A stretch of DNA of 64,000 nucleotides from Candidatus Poribacteria bacterium (lineage in GTDB: Bacteria; Poribacteria; WGA-4E; WGA-3G). Location of the stretch: contig RKRR01000107.1 in the NCBI GenBank assembly GCA_007571305.1, positions 5,638-69,637 on the forward strand. Reading direction: 5' to 3'. Of the stretch, positions 1-9,342 are shown piece after piece. A program made the translations under genes and the position numbers. Each line of letters starts with the position of its first letter. Position 1 is the first letter of the stretch. The notes below the pieces were generated by a model. It searched no databases and was not told where the DNA came from. It worked only from the letters and a program-made list of their open reading frames with translations.

Positions 1-62
1 CCTACACCGTTACTGGGAAAGGACATTGGGGAGGGTCTGAAACGACAATCAGGTGTTCATCA

Positions 63-704
63 CTAAGAAGTTGGCAACCTACGAATAGATGCATCAATGA
101 TATGCTGATGTCTCTCAGCGTTGAGTTCTTCATTTATGATTTTGCTGGCGGTATCAATCGCGAGTTCAGCGACAACGCCTCGCAGTTCCAAGATCGCTTC
201 GTTCTTTTCACGTTGAATTTCTGATCTGGCTCTTGCGACTTCGTCATCTGCCTCTTGTCGCGCTTGCGTGAGAATTTGCTGACGTTCAGCGTTTCCCTGT
301 TCAATCGCCGCTTGGATTTTGGCTTGTGCTTCGGTCTCAATATCGGCTAAGCGTTGGCGCGTCTCTGCGGTGATCCGGTCCAACTCTTCTCGATCAGCCC
401 TCAATTGTTCCGACTGCGTCGTGATTTCAGTGCGACGTTCCTCTAAAAGTCCGCCTACCTTGCCGAAGACAAATTTCCAAAGTACCAAGAGCACAACAAG
501 GAAACCGATGACTTGGATGATAATCGTCTTCGGATCGATGCCGAGCATTGCCAGAATCCCACCTTCGCCGGCCGGAACTTCAGCAGCGAACGCGCTGCTG
601 AGGCACATACCCATCAAAACGAAGCAGCATCCATATAGCATCATGTAGCGCGCCATTTGCAAGCGTCTCTTCCAAAGTGAAAGCCTATGTTTGATGTTTC
701 GCAT
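63..704 (-). CDS. atpF: F0F1 ATP synthase subunit b (start uncertain: ATG at 704 or 656)
   Basis: Single TM segment (IIIQVIGFLVVLLVLWKFVFGKV) followed by a long coiled coil (LEERRTEI...AELAIDTASKII); lies downstream of atpE. The ORF-track start at 866 runs through intergenic repeats. Confidence 0.9.
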   Translation of the reverse strand: MRNIKHRLSLWKRRLQMARYMMLYGCCFVLMGMCLSSAFAAEVPAGEGGILAMLGIDPKTIIIQVIGFLVVLLVLWKFVFGKVGGLLEERRTEITTQSEQLRADREELDRITAETRQRLADIETEAQAKIQAAIEQGNAERQQILTQARQEADDEVARARSEIQREKNEAILELRGVVAELAIDTASKIINEELNAERHQHIIDASIRRLPTS

Positions 705-897
705 AAATTTACCATACTCTGTTGTTGAAGCTGAGAAGTGGCTATCGGCTTTCAGCACTCGGAACGTTCCACTCTCGACTTTCGGTAAAAGGTTTTCGTT
801 CAACAAGTCTCTTTTACTGACTGTCGACGGCTGATTGCTGACAGTAAATCTTCTGACTGCCGACAACTAACGACCGACAACCATTCTTAGGAATATA

Positions 898-1203
898 TTA
901 ATTTCCGCCACTGACATCTGTTACAACTCGTTTCGCGTCTGCATCAATCATCCCTCTCAGCATCTCACCTTCAGGGAGTTTTGCTTGCAAGATAAAGAAC
1001 ATTAAAAGCGCATAGATAACGAGCGACTCGATGAGTGCCAAACCGATAATCATTGCGGTTTGGATACGCGGCGCGGCATCGGGTTGACGTGCAATCCCTT
1101 CAAGAGCAGTACTTGTTGCCCGACCTTGCGCTGTTGAGGCAAAAATAACAGCGATCGGCAAGCCCAAAGTTACACCAAACGCCAACATTGCTAAATAAAT
1201 CAT
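898..1203 (-). CDS. atpE: F0F1 ATP synthase subunit c
   Basis: Two hydrophobic helices, loop ARQP, ion-binding carboxylate in IESLVIY; AAGGAGG RBS upstream; about 27-aa polar C-terminal extension. Confidence 0.95.
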   Translation of the reverse strand: MIYLAMLAFGVTLGLPIAVIFASTAQGRATSTALEGIARQPDAAPRIQTAMIIGLALIESLVIYALLMFFILQAKLPEGEMLRGMIDADAKRVVTDVSGGN

Positions 1204-1254
1204 GAAATGTCCTCCTTGGACGGATAAGGGACAGTCTACACTTATCCCACAAAA

Positions 1255-2085
1255 TTAGTGATGCGCTTCATGCGCCTCTTCATCGTGCTCTATGAAAAGC
1301 ACGATATAGATAGATGTTAAGATGGTAAAAACGAATGCCTGCAGGAAGCCAGCAAACAGTCCGAAGAATAGCATAGGCACTTGCACCGGAATAATCGGTA
1401 TCGCATCTGCAATCAGTACGATAAGTCCGAGTTTCGTCAGTTCAATAACAACAGATTTTTCGCCAAAAATGTTTCCGAAAAGCCTGACAGCAAGTGAACC
1501 CGCACGCGATAATTGCGCAATTATCTCAAGCGGAAACATTAAAAAACCCATCAGCGGTGGATCACCGATGAGGTGCTTGAGATAACCGATTATCCCATTC
1601 TCTTTAATAGCGATAATTTGAACGCCTAACACGGCCGTCATGCCGAGCGCAAGCGTTGTATTCAAATCTGCTGTTGGTGGTTGAAGCCCCGGAATGACTC
1701 CAAGATAATTCAGGAAGAGAATGAAGATGAAGAAAGAGCCAACGAATGGAACATATTTTTTGCCGTGATCACCTAAAATACCCCCGAAGAAGTCCGTGAT
1801 ACTCCCCACAAACACCTCTAACAGGGTTTGTCCTTTCCCCTCAGGTATCCGTTTCAATTTCCGGGTGGCGAAAATAAAAAACAGCACCAAGACGAGAACA
1901 GCAAAGTATGTGTTGGGAATTAGATCGGGCTGATGCCACCGAGTCGGTTCAGGAATAATTTCATCCGGCAAAATTCTTGAAACCGGATAGAGCAAACTAC
2001 GGTGACCGTTCTCGGCTGCGAAACTCCCGGCTACTGCCGCCAAACTGAGTCCAACAACCAAGCAGATAAATGGTATTTTTTTCAT
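1255..2085 (-). CDS. atpB: F0F1 ATP synthase subunit a
   Basis: PTADLNTT, SLAVRLFGNI (essential Arg) and LQAFVFTILTSIYI motifs; multiple TM helices. Confidence 0.95.
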   Translation of the reverse strand: MKKIPFICLVVGLSLAAVAGSFAAENGHRSLLYPVSRILPDEIIPEPTRWHQPDLIPNTYFAVLVLVLFFIFATRKLKRIPEGKGQTLLEVFVGSITDFFGGILGDHGKKYVPFVGSFFIFILFLNYLGVIPGLQPPTADLNTTLALGMTAVLGVQIIAIKENGIIGYLKHLIGDPPLMGFLMFPLEIIAQLSRAGSLAVRLFGNIFGEKSVVIELTKLGLIVLIADAIPIIPVQVPMLFFGLFAGFLQAFVFTILTSIYIVLFIEHDEEAHEAHH

Positions 2086-2238
2086 GTTTTGTTGTATTTT
2101 AATGATTTAGAAACCTTTGAGTACCTGGGATTACTGGTTGGAATTCGATGAAAACGCTATGAAATGATGCCTTAAAGAGCATCATCTGTCTGCTTTACAT
2201 TTGGAGCAGCCCCCAAATTCCGCTCGTTAGAAAATGCA

Positions 2239-2646
2239 TCAAGACTGATTGGGATCCTTATTTGAAAGGATGGTCACCATCAAACCGATCGCTTTGATAA
2301 TGATGGCACCTTGTACTAAAGCAATTCCTCCAGCGAACGCGTATATATTCATCCAATCCATTTTAAACAAAAGATAAAGGAAGCCACCGAGTACTGTGTA
2401 TTTACCGATTGCAATGAAACCGAGCCAGTACTTCGTGCGCTTCGTTTTCCCGGGTCGAACAAGCCGCCGGACCACAAATTCGATGGACCAGAATAGACTC
2501 AGGCTGATAGCACTGCCGATGAGAAAACTGGGGAGCGCGTCGCGTTTAAATCCTAACAATGCTGCCGAAATGACTACTGTGAGACAGATTGTCACGATAT
2601 AGACATGGCGGATAAATCGGTCACCAATTTCCAAAACCGGACCCAT
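2239..2646 (-). CDS. atpI: ATP synthase protein I (4-TM)
   Basis: Four hydrophobic segments; position immediately upstream of atpB. Confidence 0.75.
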   Translation of the reverse strand: MGPVLEIGDRFIRHVYIVTICLTVVISAALLGFKRDALPSFLIGSAISLSLFWSIEFVVRRLVRPGKTKRTKYWLGFIAIGKYTVLGGFLYLLFKMDWMNIYAFAGGIALVQGAIIIKAIGLMVTILSNKDPNQS

Positions 2647-2697
2647 CCAAGCGACTCCTTTGTCAACATTACAGCAAATTACGATTGCTTTCAGATT

Positions 2698-2997
2698 TTA
2701 TCCTTCTTCAGTGTCCTTTGTTTGTTCTGAAGTGGCACGACGCTGTTGTTCCAGACGTTCGAGTTGGCGGTTCCAACGGGCTACCGAGCGAAACATCTCC
2801 ATGAATCCAGCGGCAACTCCCATTCCGAAACCGATGTAGGATCCAACTGCTGCATTGCCGAATTTTCCACCGAGCCACTTACCTCCGAAATAGCCGATAC
2901 AAATCGCGAGCGCAAGCGTTATCCCGATTGAAGCGAGGTCAAACATCCCTATGTTGTCATTTTTCAACTGTTTCAGTCGATCCCTAAATATAAACAT
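2698..2997 (-). CDS. AtpZ/AtpI-family (ATPase gene 1) 2-TM protein
   Basis: ASIGITLALAICIGYFGGKWLGGKFG...IGFGMGVAAGF pattern; first gene of the atp operon. Confidence 0.75.
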   Translation of the reverse strand: MFIFRDRLKQLKNDNIGMFDLASIGITLALAICIGYFGGKWLGGKFGNAAVGSYIGFGMGVAAGFMEMFRSVARWNRQLERLEQQRRATSEQTKDTEEG

Positions 2998-3061
2998 CGC
3001 TGTACCTTGAAAAAATGGAACATGTTCACAGATGGTAGCCTCTCATCACACAGCGGTATAT

Positions 3062-3090
3062 ATTATAACACGCAGATATAGGGAATGCAA
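3062..3090 (-). promoter_or_regulatory. sigma70-type promoter of the atp operon
   Basis: Minus strand TTGCAT (3085-3090), 17 nt, TATAAT (3062-3067). Confidence 0.7.
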
Positions 3091-3217
3091 AAAAAAATAG
3101 AATAACTTCTGAATTACAGGTTTGTTTGTTAAGAGGTAAGCAGAAAAGATTAAAGAGACTATGGTTACCGCTGTCTCAACTATCTACAAACAGATTTTTT
3201 TATCCCTCTACGTTTCA

Positions 3218-3338
3218 TAGTAAAACCCGTAAATAAGTTCATATTTGTAGCATAGGAGACCGTTGGTCTCCTGTGCCATCAGGTAACTTCATAGTTCACA
3301 CGACGCTACAAGTGTCCAAGTAATTACGGACTCTACTA
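3218..3338. mobile_element. MITE family A, copy 1
   Basis: 18-bp imperfect terminal inverted repeats (TAGTAAAACCCGTAAATA / TAATTACGGACTCTACTA), flanked by CA...CA; homologous to 30005-30124. Confidence 0.75.
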
Positions 3339-3391
3339 CAATATGATGGGAGTTTGATCGTTCCATCCAGAGAATATAGTAAGACTAAGAT

Positions 3392-4846
3392 CTATCTCAA
3401 TTGAATCAAGACTGCCCAATGATCCTCGGTTGGAGCAGATAATGTTATGCTATCTCCGAAGGGAATTTCCGATTCCTGTGTCCATTCACTTTTAGCGATA
3501 TTTAACCACCTTATTGCTACCATTTTGGGGTTTATCTCTTTACCTGTACTCAGCTTGGTATCAACCGAGCCGCCATTCGGGAAGTAGACAGCGTATTCGC
3601 GTCCTGGATTTGCGAAGGCATACGCTCCATTTTCTGCCCTGTTGGAAAGCAAATCATTGTGAGGCTCACAGAGAAAAATGTCCATGCTATCCGTAAGAAT
3701 TCGCATACTCTTGATGTGTGCTTGTGCCCTTTCGTTCAAGCCAATCCCGCTGTCGGGACGATGAAACCGAGCTGAGGCGAATCCGCCGAAAATATTTCGC
3801 CAAAACCGCTCCAACCCATCCTGTGTACTGCCGAATCGCCCGCCATCAGCACCGTAAATTTTAATGTTATTGATGGGACGGATCGGTGAAAGTTCTGCTC
3901 GAATTTCCTGGGCGTTATCCCAATGCCGCTGCCGCTTCTGATGATTATTCTGTGATATATCACAAAACGAGTAGGTCTCAGGATGGTCAAACGTTGCTTT
4001 ATGTTTCTCATGGGACAAATTCCATGGATCCCACATTTCTGTCGTTTCAACGCTTCGTCCGGCTGTTGCTGCCTGTTTCTGGATATACATTGCCCAATAT
4101 TCACCCCAGGCGGGCGTAACAGAAGTCTCGTTGTCCATGCAGTAGAGCACATGCCCGTACTGGAGCGTCTCGGAAAGAAGTTTATCTACAAATTTTTGTT
4201 GGTATTTCAAAACGATTTGCTGATTGCGCTCTTTCGGGACAGACCAGAAAAAATTGTTCTCCGTTGCAGTCGGGTGGCTTTTGACAACGGTGGGTAACCC
4301 TGTTTCTTCCGCAGTATAGTTGCTATTATTTTTCGGATTGAAAGGATTCGCATCCCAAGGCTCGCGGTAATAGTTGAAGGTCGCCCACACCTCAACTTGA
4401 ACGATAATATCCATCCCGTGGGTCCATACGATGAAGTTCCGAAAACGTCTCCAAAATTCATCATTCCATTGATTTAAGTCATATTGATCGCCAACCTTTT
4501 TGAAAGGCGGCACATCGCCTTCATCAACCCAACTCATCGTACTTCGTACATAATTGCCACCGACGGACTTCAGCAGTTCGAGATGCGCTTTGAGGTGCGA
4601 AATCTGAAATAGGTTATCTTCGACTGAACCTCCGATGAGCAGAATCGGCTCACCTTTATACTGCCAGTAACGTGGATTCTCTGTATAAATTTGGATTCGT
4701 TCTTTTTTCATTTTTGTATCTGCTTGGGATTTAGTTTCCGGTGCTGCTGCGTAAAAGAAAACAAATATGGACAGAACCAACACAAACTTGTGTGGTTTCC
4801 ACGGGTTTTGCATACAGTCGTCTTGGAAATGAGCCATAGGTATCAA
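3392..4846 (-). CDS. Secreted hypothetical protein, possibly a glycoside-hydrolase-like barrel with a C-terminal beta domain (DUF6298/DUF4038-like)
   Basis: N-terminal hydrophobic signal-like segment; NPRYWQYKGEPILLIGGS, NVLY-like VLYCMDNET and YAFANPGREYAVYFPNGG motifs recalled from this family. Start uncertain. Confidence 0.5.
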   Translation of the reverse strand: MIPMAHFQDDCMQNPWKPHKFVLVLSIFVFFYAAAPETKSQADTKMKKERIQIYTENPRYWQYKGEPILLIGGSVEDNLFQISHLKAHLELLKSVGGNYVRSTMSWVDEGDVPPFKKVGDQYDLNQWNDEFWRRFRNFIVWTHGMDIIVQVEVWATFNYYREPWDANPFNPKNNSNYTAEETGLPTVVKSHPTATENNFFWSVPKERNQQIVLKYQQKFVDKLLSETLQYGHVLYCMDNETSVTPAWGEYWAMYIQKQAATAGRSVETTEMWDPWNLSHEKHKATFDHPETYSFCDISQNNHQKRQRHWDNAQEIRAELSPIRPINNIKIYGADGGRFGSTQDGLERFWRNIFGGFASARFHRPDSGIGLNERAQAHIKSMRILTDSMDIFLCEPHNDLLSNRAENGAYAFANPGREYAVYFPNGGSVDTKLSTGKEINPKMVAIRWLNIAKSEWTQESEIPFGDSITLSAPTEDHWAVLIQLR

Positions 4847-4954
4847 TTTAGAGGAAGGGTGTTATATTGATGGGTTAATATAACGATTGTTTGTCTGAAC
4901 CGTGGATGACCATAGAGGCGAGAACGTTGTGTTCCCGCCTCTTTGCGTAGTTCA

Positions 4955-5755
4955 TTATTTTTTTAGAGCTGCCCATGTAGCGGTGAGTTTGTCGGTGGGA
5001 GAAACGTCGAAAGCCGCTTCCAATCCATCATCCATAATACTCTGAATCTCATCCTGACTTAGAACCACATTAAAAATAGCCACATCGTCAATGATGCCTC
5101 TGTATTTACCTGCATAACCGGAGCCGATGAGCAAATTAAGTCCGCTGGGGCTGGAATCCCCGCAGGGGTGCGCCCCACACTTTAACCATTTATCCTCAGA
5201 TGCAACCTCACCGTCTTTGTACATCTTATATTCGCGCTTTTTGACATTACGTGTCTCGGCCACGTGAATCCATTCATCATTCACGAAAGTACCAGGTACC
5301 GGTCTCCTGACCTCCACATACGGCTGGCAATTGCCACCACAATCGCCCCAATAAAAACTCAACCGACCGTCCGGTTCCTGTGTCAAGCAACCTTCGCCGC
5401 CATAAGATTTGCAAACGATGTTTTGACGACCCGAAGCTACGCTTTCAGGTCTAACCCAAAAAACAATTGTCACATCTCCGTGGAACTGAAGTGATTCATC
5501 ATTCCCCATATCCACATAAGAGGTGCCATCAAACTCAAGAGCCTTACCAAATTTACCATCCACCCACTTCGGTTTATTCGTGAGTGTCCCATCATTTCCA
5601 TTTCCTGATGAATCTTTTGCGGTATTTCCCTTACCTTCATCAAATTTCCATACGCCTACAATGGTGTCAGGGTCTAACACGGCATAACTTGAAGCGGCTA
5701 ACATCCCAACGATAAGTAGGATGACCCCGCCGATCCACAACAATCTGATCTTCAT
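4955..5755 (-). CDS. Secreted LamG-like jelly-roll protein with conserved C-terminal tail
   Basis: Signal peptide; VWKFDEGKGNTAKDSSGNGNDG, WVDGKFGKALEFDG, GIIDDVAIFN; tail VSPTDKLTATWAALKK. Confidence 0.85.
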   Translation of the reverse strand: MKIRLLWIGGVILLIVGMLAASSYAVLDPDTIVGVWKFDEGKGNTAKDSSGNGNDGTLTNKPKWVDGKFGKALEFDGTSYVDMGNDESLQFHGDVTIVFWVRPESVASGRQNIVCKSYGGEGCLTQEPDGRLSFYWGDCGGNCQPYVEVRRPVPGTFVNDEWIHVAETRNVKKREYKMYKDGEVASEDKWLKCGAHPCGDSSPSGLNLLIGSGYAGKYRGIIDDVAIFNVVLSQDEIQSIMDDGLEAAFDVSPTDKLTATWAALKK

Positions 5756-5788
5756 TTCGTTATTCCTCCTTAGTCCAGAGTTGCAGAA

Positions 5789-5817
5789 ATGATAAGGGGT
5801 TTCGCAAAAATTGTCAA
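5789..5817 (-). promoter_or_regulatory. sigma70-type promoter of the LamG gene
   Basis: Minus strand TTGACA (5812-5817), 17 nt, TATCAT (5789-5794); AAGGAGG RBS downstream. Confidence 0.7.
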
Positions 5818-5862
5818 GAAGAAAGAAGGCGGTCCTCCCCCCAACCTAAAGGATAATATTAA

Positions 5863-5984
5863 TAGGACTTACGCATGCTGCTCTTTTGTAGCATAACCTG
5901 TTAGGGTGTGCCGCGAGAACACTTGTCTTTTTTGAGGTTCTGCCTCTCACAAAGCGTCAGATGGTCAAAATTGCGTAAATCCTG
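5863..5984. mobile_element. MITE family B, copy 1
   Basis: 13-bp TIRs TAGGACTTACGCA / TGCGTAAATCCTG, 5-bp direct repeat ATTAA on both sides; reverse complement of 22793-22914 and 49748-49868. Confidence 0.8.
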
Positions 5985-5985
5985 A

Positions 5986-7254
5986 TTAATTCTCGGTCCG
6001 GAGTGCGTCAATAGGTGAAAGACGCGCCGCCCGCATCGCAGGGTAGACACCAAATCCCACACCCATGACAATCGAAAAAATAACAGAAGTCAATATCCAT
6101 GGAAGAGAAAGGACGACGGGCCACGCGTCCACAACAGGCACAATCCGCACCGCAAGCCATGCCATCCCATGTGCTGCGCCCCAACCGCCCGCGATGCCGA
6201 GCACCCCGCCGCATAAGCAGAGGCAGATCGCTTCTGTCAAGAACTGATAGAAGACATCAATCCGTTTCGCACCTACTGATTTCCGTAAGCCTATCTCGCG
6301 TGTTTTCTCACCGACAGAAACGAGACAGATATTCATAATGCCGATGCCGCTGACGAACAGCGAGAAACCCGCAATGCTGCCCAAAGTAATCTTTATCACC
6401 CTTTGGATGTGCTCCAGCCGCCCGAATGTCAGTTTCGGGATATAGTACTCAATAAAGTCGTCCTGCCCGCGGTGTCTTTTACGTAGGATATCCTTAACAG
6501 AAGCGATGATACTGTTAATATTGGCACCCTTTTGGAAAAAGACAATCATGTAATCAACGTAGCGAATGCCTGAAAGTCGTTGTTGATCTGTTGTCAATGG
6601 AACACAGACGGCATCATCCAAGGAATACTCCCAAGTGAGGCTACGACCCTTTGGTTTCATCACACCCACGACACGCATTCGTACTGGCTTTTGTCGCCAA
6701 TAACGATAATATCGGACCTTTATTTCCTCCCCGAGTGGGACTGCCTCTCCAAACAACTCAATGGCAACTTCTGCCCCCAAGACGCAGACCTGTGCTGCGG
6801 TCTCTATATCGTTTTCGGTGAGAAATCTACCGGTTTGTAGTTCCCAATTCATGCCGCGGGCATAGTTCGCAGTAACTGCTTCTATGAGTGCTCTAGCTTG
6901 GGTTCCATGTCGAGTGGTAACAAAGTTTTCAAAAGATTCGTGATTGGGTAAGACATATAAAACCTCGGGGCATTCCGCCTCAATAGCATAAGCGTCTTCA
7001 AGAGTATATCGTTCGGTAGTTCGCCGGAGCCGCCCGCGTTTGAGAATAGATGTGCGAGTGTAGAGTGTAAACTGATTTGCCCCACCAAGTTTTTCGATAT
7101 CTTCAGCGATGATTTTTTTTCCACCGTCGCCAATAGCAATCATGCACAGCACCCCCGCAACCCCGATAAAGATGCCGAGAATGGACAATCCCGCACGGAG
7201 TCTATTTTGCACAAGCGGCTTTACACCTGTCGTGATAGCCTCAAGAATATTCAT
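5986..7254 (-). CDS. MacB/FtsX-family ABC transporter permease
   Basis: NRLRAGLSILGIFIGVAGV, large periplasmic domain, SLFVSGIGIMNICLVSV, REIGLRKSVGA, GVYPAMRAARLSPIDALRTE. Confidence 0.9.
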   Translation of the reverse strand: MNILEAITTGVKPLVQNRLRAGLSILGIFIGVAGVLCMIAIGDGGKKIIAEDIEKLGGANQFTLYTRTSILKRGRLRRTTERYTLEDAYAIEAECPEVLYVLPNHESFENFVTTRHGTQARALIEAVTANYARGMNWELQTGRFLTENDIETAAQVCVLGAEVAIELFGEAVPLGEEIKVRYYRYWRQKPVRMRVVGVMKPKGRSLTWEYSLDDAVCVPLTTDQQRLSGIRYVDYMIVFFQKGANINSIIASVKDILRKRHRGQDDFIEYYIPKLTFGRLEHIQRVIKITLGSIAGFSLFVSGIGIMNICLVSVGEKTREIGLRKSVGAKRIDVFYQFLTEAICLCLCGGVLGIAGGWGAAHGMAWLAVRIVPVVDAWPVVLSLPWILTSVIFSIVMGVGFGVYPAMRAARLSPIDALRTEN

Positions 7255-8960
7255 CAGCTGACTTGTGGTCCTATAACCTTCAGAAACTCTTTATCATCCT
7301 TTACATCCGAAAATTCAGGGGTCTCAAGGAAAGTCGGGTAGTATGTATCCCAATTATCCGGTTGCGCCACATAGTAGTCCCGAGCGACCTTTAAATGATG
7401 TAGAGTCTTTTCTCGATCCTTCTCAGAAGCCCAGATGCTTGCAGCAAGTTGAAGGTGGGCATAATCGTTGTTATTTTCCAAATCAATGGCGACTTTCAGA
7501 AACCTTTTCGCCTCATCATACTTCCTCAACCACACCAGACAACAACCGACATCGTGAGCAAGCCACATAAGATGACCGAGATCTACAGGTTGCCCTGTCT
7601 CCCGTTTTTTTAATTCTCCTTCCATATACGCCCTCACTTCTGTAAAGATTTGATCGAAACGCTCCCAATCCTCCTGTCCACCATAGATGAGAAGTAGATT
7701 TTCTTTCGCAATTAACCAGAATTGAGAATAGTGATCCGAACCGGGTTCATTGTTAGCACGTTCCAACTTTTCTATTTCAAGGAGTGCTTCATCGAATCTG
7801 TCGTTGCATCGTAAGACATCTACTCCTGTTTGCAGGAACTCGCAGCGACTGTAGCAACTCACGTCAGGATTGTCTAAGCGTTCAGAGGCTTCATGATAAA
7901 GTTGAATCCAGTCATCAATACGACCTTCCGCCGCCCAACATCCATGCACATGCAAATTGGAAGCAGCCTCTAACACGTATTTATCTGACAAGTGCTGGCA
8001 CGTCCAACGGTAAAACTGAGAGTGTTCCTCAATCGCTTCTCGATGTCTTCCCAGAAAAGCGAGGCTATAAATCAATCCATCGTGCGCCCAGAAACGCTCG
8101 GTATTATCTGAAGTCTCATCCATATACTTACGGAGTAGAGGGATTCGCTTTTCCATTCCGAATTTGTCCATATACAGGTATATCTCATCCACAGCGAGAT
8201 GCATTAATTCGGGTGTGGTTTTACCCTTAAGTGCATCTTCAATCTCATTGCAGGCTTTTGTAAGAATATCCGATCTTGATGCGGGATCAGATTTCACATC
8301 TTCCATGAATGCATTGAACTTCGTGCGAATTTCTTCTAATTGTGTCATGATGTTCTCCTTCACGTTATCTGGTAATTCTAAGGAACCAAAGAATTCTGGA
8401 TTTAAGAGTTCTTGATCTGCTTGCAGACGCTTTCGAGCTCGCTGAAGTCGACTCGTAATTGTATTCACCGACACTCCCATGACTCTGGCGATCTCTCTCG
8501 TTGACATTTCGTCGAGATAGAAGAGTGTTACAACGGAGCGTTCATTCGCCGGTAGTTTTTCCAAAAGTCTTCTCACAAGTTCATGGTAATGCTCGATTCT
8601 CTCTGTCATCCGCTGTTCCGATATATGGTGGACATAAGAGGATTTCTCAATTTCTTTAGTAGGTGTGTCCTCCAAGGATTGCGTCACAGACCTTTGGCTT
8701 CGCATCCAATCAATACATAGCCGATTTGCGATGACATGGAGCCATCCAGCAAATTGATTGGGATTCTTGAGTGTCGGAAGTTTATTGTATGCCCTCAGGA
8801 AGGTGTCTTGCATGATCTCTTCCGCATGGTGAAAATCTTGGATCTTCCGCCATGCCAGGGCATGAATGCTTTTCTGGTACTTTTCGACTAAGATACCAAA
8901 CGCAGTGTCGTCACCCGATAAAAACTTGCCAATCAATCGAGCATCGTCTTCTCTTTCCAC
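7254..8960 (-). CDS. ECF sigma factor fused to a ~364-aa C-terminal helical-repeat (TPR-like) domain
   Basis: Sigma2 (AEEIMQDTFLRAY...FAGWLHVIANRLCIDW) and sigma4 (EIARVMGVSVNTITSRLQRARKRL) in residues 1-185; C-terminal helical repeats (YDEAKRFLKVAIDLENNNDYAHLQLA); GTG start with AGGAGG RBS; stop overlaps the permease ATG (TGATG). Confidence 0.85.
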   Translation of the reverse strand: MEREDDARLIGKFLSGDDTAFGILVEKYQKSIHALAWRKIQDFHHAEEIMQDTFLRAYNKLPTLKNPNQFAGWLHVIANRLCIDWMRSQRSVTQSLEDTPTKEIEKSSYVHHISEQRMTERIEHYHELVRRLLEKLPANERSVVTLFYLDEMSTREIARVMGVSVNTITSRLQRARKRLQADQELLNPEFFGSLELPDNVKENIMTQLEEIRTKFNAFMEDVKSDPASRSDILTKACNEIEDALKGKTTPELMHLAVDEIYLYMDKFGMEKRIPLLRKYMDETSDNTERFWAHDGLIYSLAFLGRHREAIEEHSQFYRWTCQHLSDKYVLEAASNLHVHGCWAAEGRIDDWIQLYHEASERLDNPDVSCYSRCEFLQTGVDVLRCNDRFDEALLEIEKLERANNEPGSDHYSQFWLIAKENLLLIYGGQEDWERFDQIFTEVRAYMEGELKKRETGQPVDLGHLMWLAHDVGCCLVWLRKYDEAKRFLKVAIDLENNNDYAHLQLAASIWASEKDREKTLHHLKVARDYYVAQPDNWDTYYPTFLETPEFSDVKDDKEFLKVIGPQVS

Positions 8961-9342
8961 GAAACTTCCTCCTAATGAACAGGTTGGATCGTGCTTGTTT
9001 TTGCCAAATGCGAAACTTTGTCAAATGAAGCAGCCCAGGGCGATTCGTACTCTCTGTTATTAAAGACGAAAGTTTAATGAAAAAACGTGCATCGTGATGA
9101 AAAAATGGGAAAACCTGAATTGTTTGGAAATTATTTTGTGGGGACAATTCTGGACGCACGATAAATCACCGATTGCGCAAATCTTGGACTGCTAACAGAT
9201 AGAGTTACCGCTGAAAGGCATTTTCGGGGGAATTGAAGTATGTGTAGGGAAGACTTATCTCTACAAGTCAGAACGCTTGCGCCCCTTACATCAATCAGAA
9301 ACGGTCACAAATGCTTCTTTGGGAACTGAGACAGTAGAAATA

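Noticed and set aside
705-866. Long N-terminal extension of AtpF in the ORF track
   Set aside because: It runs through the intergenic degenerate-repeat tract and has no AtpF-like features; ATGs at 704 and 656 give a normal protein.
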